Positions 60,676 to 64,000 of a stretch of DNA of 64,000 bases are shown in pieces (the stretch's first letter is position 1; each line of letters starts with the position of its first letter). The DNA lies in the NCBI GenBank assembly GCA_004431415.1, contig QPMI01000423.1, positions 288,164 to 352,163 on the forward strand, in the 5' to 3' direction. A model generated the notes under the pieces. That model ran no database searches, was not told the DNA's origin, and worked only from the letters and a program-made list of their open reading frames with translations. The position numbers and the translations under genes are program-made. Source of the stretch: Cyanophora paradoxa CCMP329 (lineage: Eukaryota > Plantae > Glaucophyta).

Positions 60676-61870
60676 CCCGCCGTCCCGGTCCAGCCGCGAA
60701 AGCGCCTCGAGTTGGGTTGCCTGCGCTCACCTAGTCGCGCGGGGCGCGGCGTCGAAGGGCGGGGAGGTGCGCACGAAGCGAGAGATGAGCCGCCGCTATG
60801 CCCCGGCCGCCGCCGGCGCGAGGACGCTGCGAGTTCACCTCCCTGTGCCCGCCCGTCGCGCGAGGCGTGGACGCGGAGAGCACAGTATGCACCCGCTGCG
60901 TCCGGGCCGCGCCCGCCGCGAAGGCGCCGCGACTCGGTGAGGCGAGCTACCTGCGCCCGTCCGGTCGCACAGGGCGCGGCGTGGAAGGGCGGGAGGGCCG
61001 CACCAAGCGAGACATGGGCCGCCGCTGCACCCGGCCGCCACGGCCCTGACGCGAATTGAAGGCGCCGCGAGTTGGTCGCCTGCGTTCACCTCGTCGCGCG
61101 GGGCGCGGCGCTGAAGGTCGGGGAGGCGCGCACTAAGCAAGAGATGGGCCGCCGCTGCGTTCCGGCCGCCCCCGCCGCGCGGGCGTCGTGAGTCGAGATC
61201 CTGCGCCCGTTCCGTCGCGCGAGGCGCGGCGCCGAAGTGCTTGGAGGCCCGCACCAAGTAAGAGATGGTCCGCCGCTAGCACTGCGCCCTGCGAGGCGGG
61301 TCGACTGCGCTCGCTTGTCGCGCGGGGCGCGGCGGTGAATGGCGGGGAGGCGCGCACGAAGCTATAGATGGGCCGCCGCTGCGTCCCGGTCGCCCCCGCC
61401 GCGAAGGCACCGCGAGTAGAGCTACCTGCGCCCGCTCCGTCGCGCAGGGCGCGGCTGGGAAGGGCGGGAGGTTCGCACCAAGCGAGACATGGCCCGCCGC
61501 TGCACCCCGGCGCCCCGGCCCTGGCGCGAAGGCGCTGCGGGTCGGGTCGCCTGCCCTCACCTCGTCGCGCGGGGCGCGGCGCTTAAGGGCGGGAGGCGCG
61601 CACCAAGCGAGAGATGGTCCGCCGCTGCGTTCCGGCCGCCCATGCCGCGCGGGCGTCTTGAGTCGAGATCCATGCGCCCGCTCCGTCGCGCGAGGCGCGG
61701 CGCCGCAGTGCGGGAGGCCCGCACCAAGTAAGAGATGGCTGCCGCTGCGCCCTGCGAGTGGGTTGCCTGCGCTCTGCTTGTCGCGCGGGCGCGGTGGCGA
61801 AGGTTGGGGAGGCGCGCACCATGCGAGAGATGACCCGCCGCTGCGCTCCAGGCGGCTTACTATATTCTAG
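60676..61870 (+). repeat. Array A' (duplicate of array A)
   Basis: Colinear with 53976-55183, with scattered single-base deletions. Confidence 0.88.
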
Positions 61871-62305
61871 TCCATGTCCTAGCTAACGAACTTCGTACCG
61901 TGGACTGAAAGCAAGATGGCGAATAAGACCCACTCCTGGATTCGAACCAGGGTCTATGCGATGTGAGCAGCCGTTCCGGACGGCTGGTCTAGATCTTCGG
62001 TACCGAATATCCAAGCTTCCGCCCGAACCATTTGGCCGTTGTCGCCGGTCATTTTCTCTTCGGCGGCCTACGTAGTCCATGTCTAGGTAATGAACTGGTA
62101 GTTATTTATCCTCTGCTAAACAATCAACGTGTGCGCCGCAAGGAATCTATGTATCTATCTAGACCGCCGCCAGGGCTGTGGCCCCGCTGCCGTGCTTGCA
62201 GCTGCGAACTTCAGGGCTTGGCCTCTGCTTGCAGCTGCGGACTTGGCCTCTGTGACCGCCGCCGACGCACTCTAGCTTGGGATTTTTGTTCTCAATTGCT
62301 ATCCT

Positions 62306-63610
62306 CCGGCCGTCCCGGTCCAGTCGCGAAGGCGCCTCGAGTTGGTTGCCTGCGCTCACCTAGTCGCACGGGGCGCTGCGTCGAAGGCGGGTAGGTGCGC
62401 ACGAAGCGAGAGATGATCCGCCGCTATGTCCCGGCCGCGCCGCCGCGAGGACGCTGCGAGTTCACCTCCCTGCGCCCGCCCCGTCGCGCGAGGCACGGAC
62501 GCGGAGAGCACAGTAGGCACCCGCTGCGTCCCGGCCGCGCCCGCCGCGAAGGCGCCGCGAGGCGAGCGACCTGCGCCCGTCCGGTCGCACGGGGCGCGGA
62601 GGGAAGGGCGGGGAGGAACGCACCAAGCGAGACATGGGCCGCCGCTGCACCCCGGCCGCCACGGCCCTGACGCGAAGGCGCCGCGAGTTGGGTCGCCTGC
62701 GTTCACCTTGTCGCGCGGGGCGCGGCGCTGAAGGTCGGGAGGCGCGCACAAGCAAGAGATGGCCGCCGCTGCGTTCCGGCCGCCTCCGCCGCGCGGCGTC
62801 GTGAGTCGAGACCCCTGCGTCCGCCCCGTCGCGCAGCGCGGTGTCGAAGGGGGGAGGCGGGCACCAAGCGAGAGAGTGCCGCCGCTGCGTTCCGGCCGCC
62901 GCCGCGCGCGGGCGTCGTGAGTCGAGATCCCTGCGCCCGCCCCGTCGCGAGGCGCGGCGCTGAAGTCGGGAGGCGCGCACCAAGCAAGAGATGGGCCGCC
63001 GCTGCGTTCCGGCCGCCCCCGCCGCGCGGGCGTCGTGAGTCGAGACCCCTGCACCCGCCCGTCGCGCGAGGCGCGGCGCCGAAGTGCTTGGAGGCCCCGA
63101 CCAATAAGAGATGGTCCGCCGCTAGCACTGCGCCCTGCGAGGCGGGTCGACTGCGCTCGGCTTGTCGCGCGGGGCGCGGCGGTGAATGGCGGGAGGCGCG
63201 CACGAAGCTATAGATGGGCCGCCGCTGCGTCCCGGTCGCCCCGCCGTTAAGGCGCCGCGAGTAGAGCTACCTGCGCCGCCCCGTCGCGCAGGCGCGGCGG
63301 GAAGGGCGGGAGGTTCGCACCAAGCGAGACATGGCCCGCCGCTGCACCCGGGCGCCCCGGCCCGGCGCGAAGGCGCTGCGAGTCGGGCCCTCACCTGTCG
63401 TGCGGGGCGCGGCGCTGAAGGGCGGGGAGGCGCGCACCAAGCGAGAGATGGGTCGCCGCTGCGTTCCGGCCGCCTCCGCCGCGCGGGCGTCGCGAGTCGA
63501 GATCCTTGTGCCCGCCCCGTCGCGCGAGGCGCGGTGGCGAAGGGTGGGGAGGCGCGCACCAAGCGAGAGATGACCCGCCGCTGCGCCCCGGGCGGCTTAC
63601 TATATTCTAG
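62306..63610 (+). repeat. Array B' (duplicate of array B)
   Basis: Colinear with 55624-56951, with scattered single-base deletions. Confidence 0.88.
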
Positions 63611-64000
63611 TCCATGTCCTAGCTAACGAACTTTGTACCGTGGACTGAAAGCAAGATGGCGAATAAGACTCACTCTGTGGATTCGAACCAGGGTCTATGC
63701 GATGTGAGCAGCCGTCCGGGACGGCTGGTCTAGATCTACGGGTACTGCATATTGACGGGCCCGGCCTGCCGGTCAGCTGGTCGTTGATATTGACGCGGCC
63801 GCGCAGTTGCTCGGCCACAGGTACGGTCCGCGCTTTTATGTCATCGTGAGACCTCATGGCTGAGCTTCCGAAGGAATGTGTCGGGTGGATGGTGCTAGGG
63901 ATCCATGCCGGTGCGACAAGAATGAGCGATGAGCTCATTGTTCATCTGGACCGCGGTTTACCGTGCGTTCCTTCCTCCGCGCATGGCCATGGGTTGTGCT

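Larger units (their letters stand above)
52339..64000 (+). repeat. Large tandem segmental duplication with a ~6.7-kb period (52339-59042, then 59043 to beyond 64000)
   Basis: Identical ORFs recur at offset 6704 (52425/59129, 52644/59348). The offset shrinks downstream through single-base deletions in copy 2. The junction has TAC microhomology. Confidence 0.92.

Overview
GC-rich, intron-dense eukaryotic DNA, probably from a unicellular alga or protist; the species cannot be determined from the window alone. 1-48 kb holds eight spliced host genes that I reconstructed by eye: a partial F-box/LRR-like gene, SPF30/SMNDC1, a GLTP/CPTP-family lipid-transfer protein, RPN13/ADRM1, an ICE2/NARG2-like little-elongation-complex subunit, a CCR4/angel-family EEP nuclease, a soluble-adenylyl-cyclase-like cyclase-STAND-TPR gene (about 13 kb), and a roughly 18 kb gene for a giant surface protein (CUB, lectin-like, IPT, beta-helix, Cys-rich, multi-pass TM). 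GC-AG introns are unusually frequent. 48.6-64 kb is a repeat/mobile island. It contains a non-autonomous Helitron-like element with a nested TA-flanked MITE, further hairpin+CTAG termini, a lower-GC spliced TPR-like gene and a spliced Ulp1/SENP-like (C48) protease gene. It also contains ordered arrays of ~120-bp GC-rich repeats, each ending in a Helitron-type 3' end and followed by a 123-bp module carrying an antisense tRNA-3'-half-like sequence. The protease/array/tRNA-module cassette is tandemly duplicated with a ~6.7 kb period, and the second copy carries many single-base deletions. No Rep/helicase or transposase is visible. Most entries in the ORF track are shadow ORFs, and one (17999..18796) has the wrong strand label.
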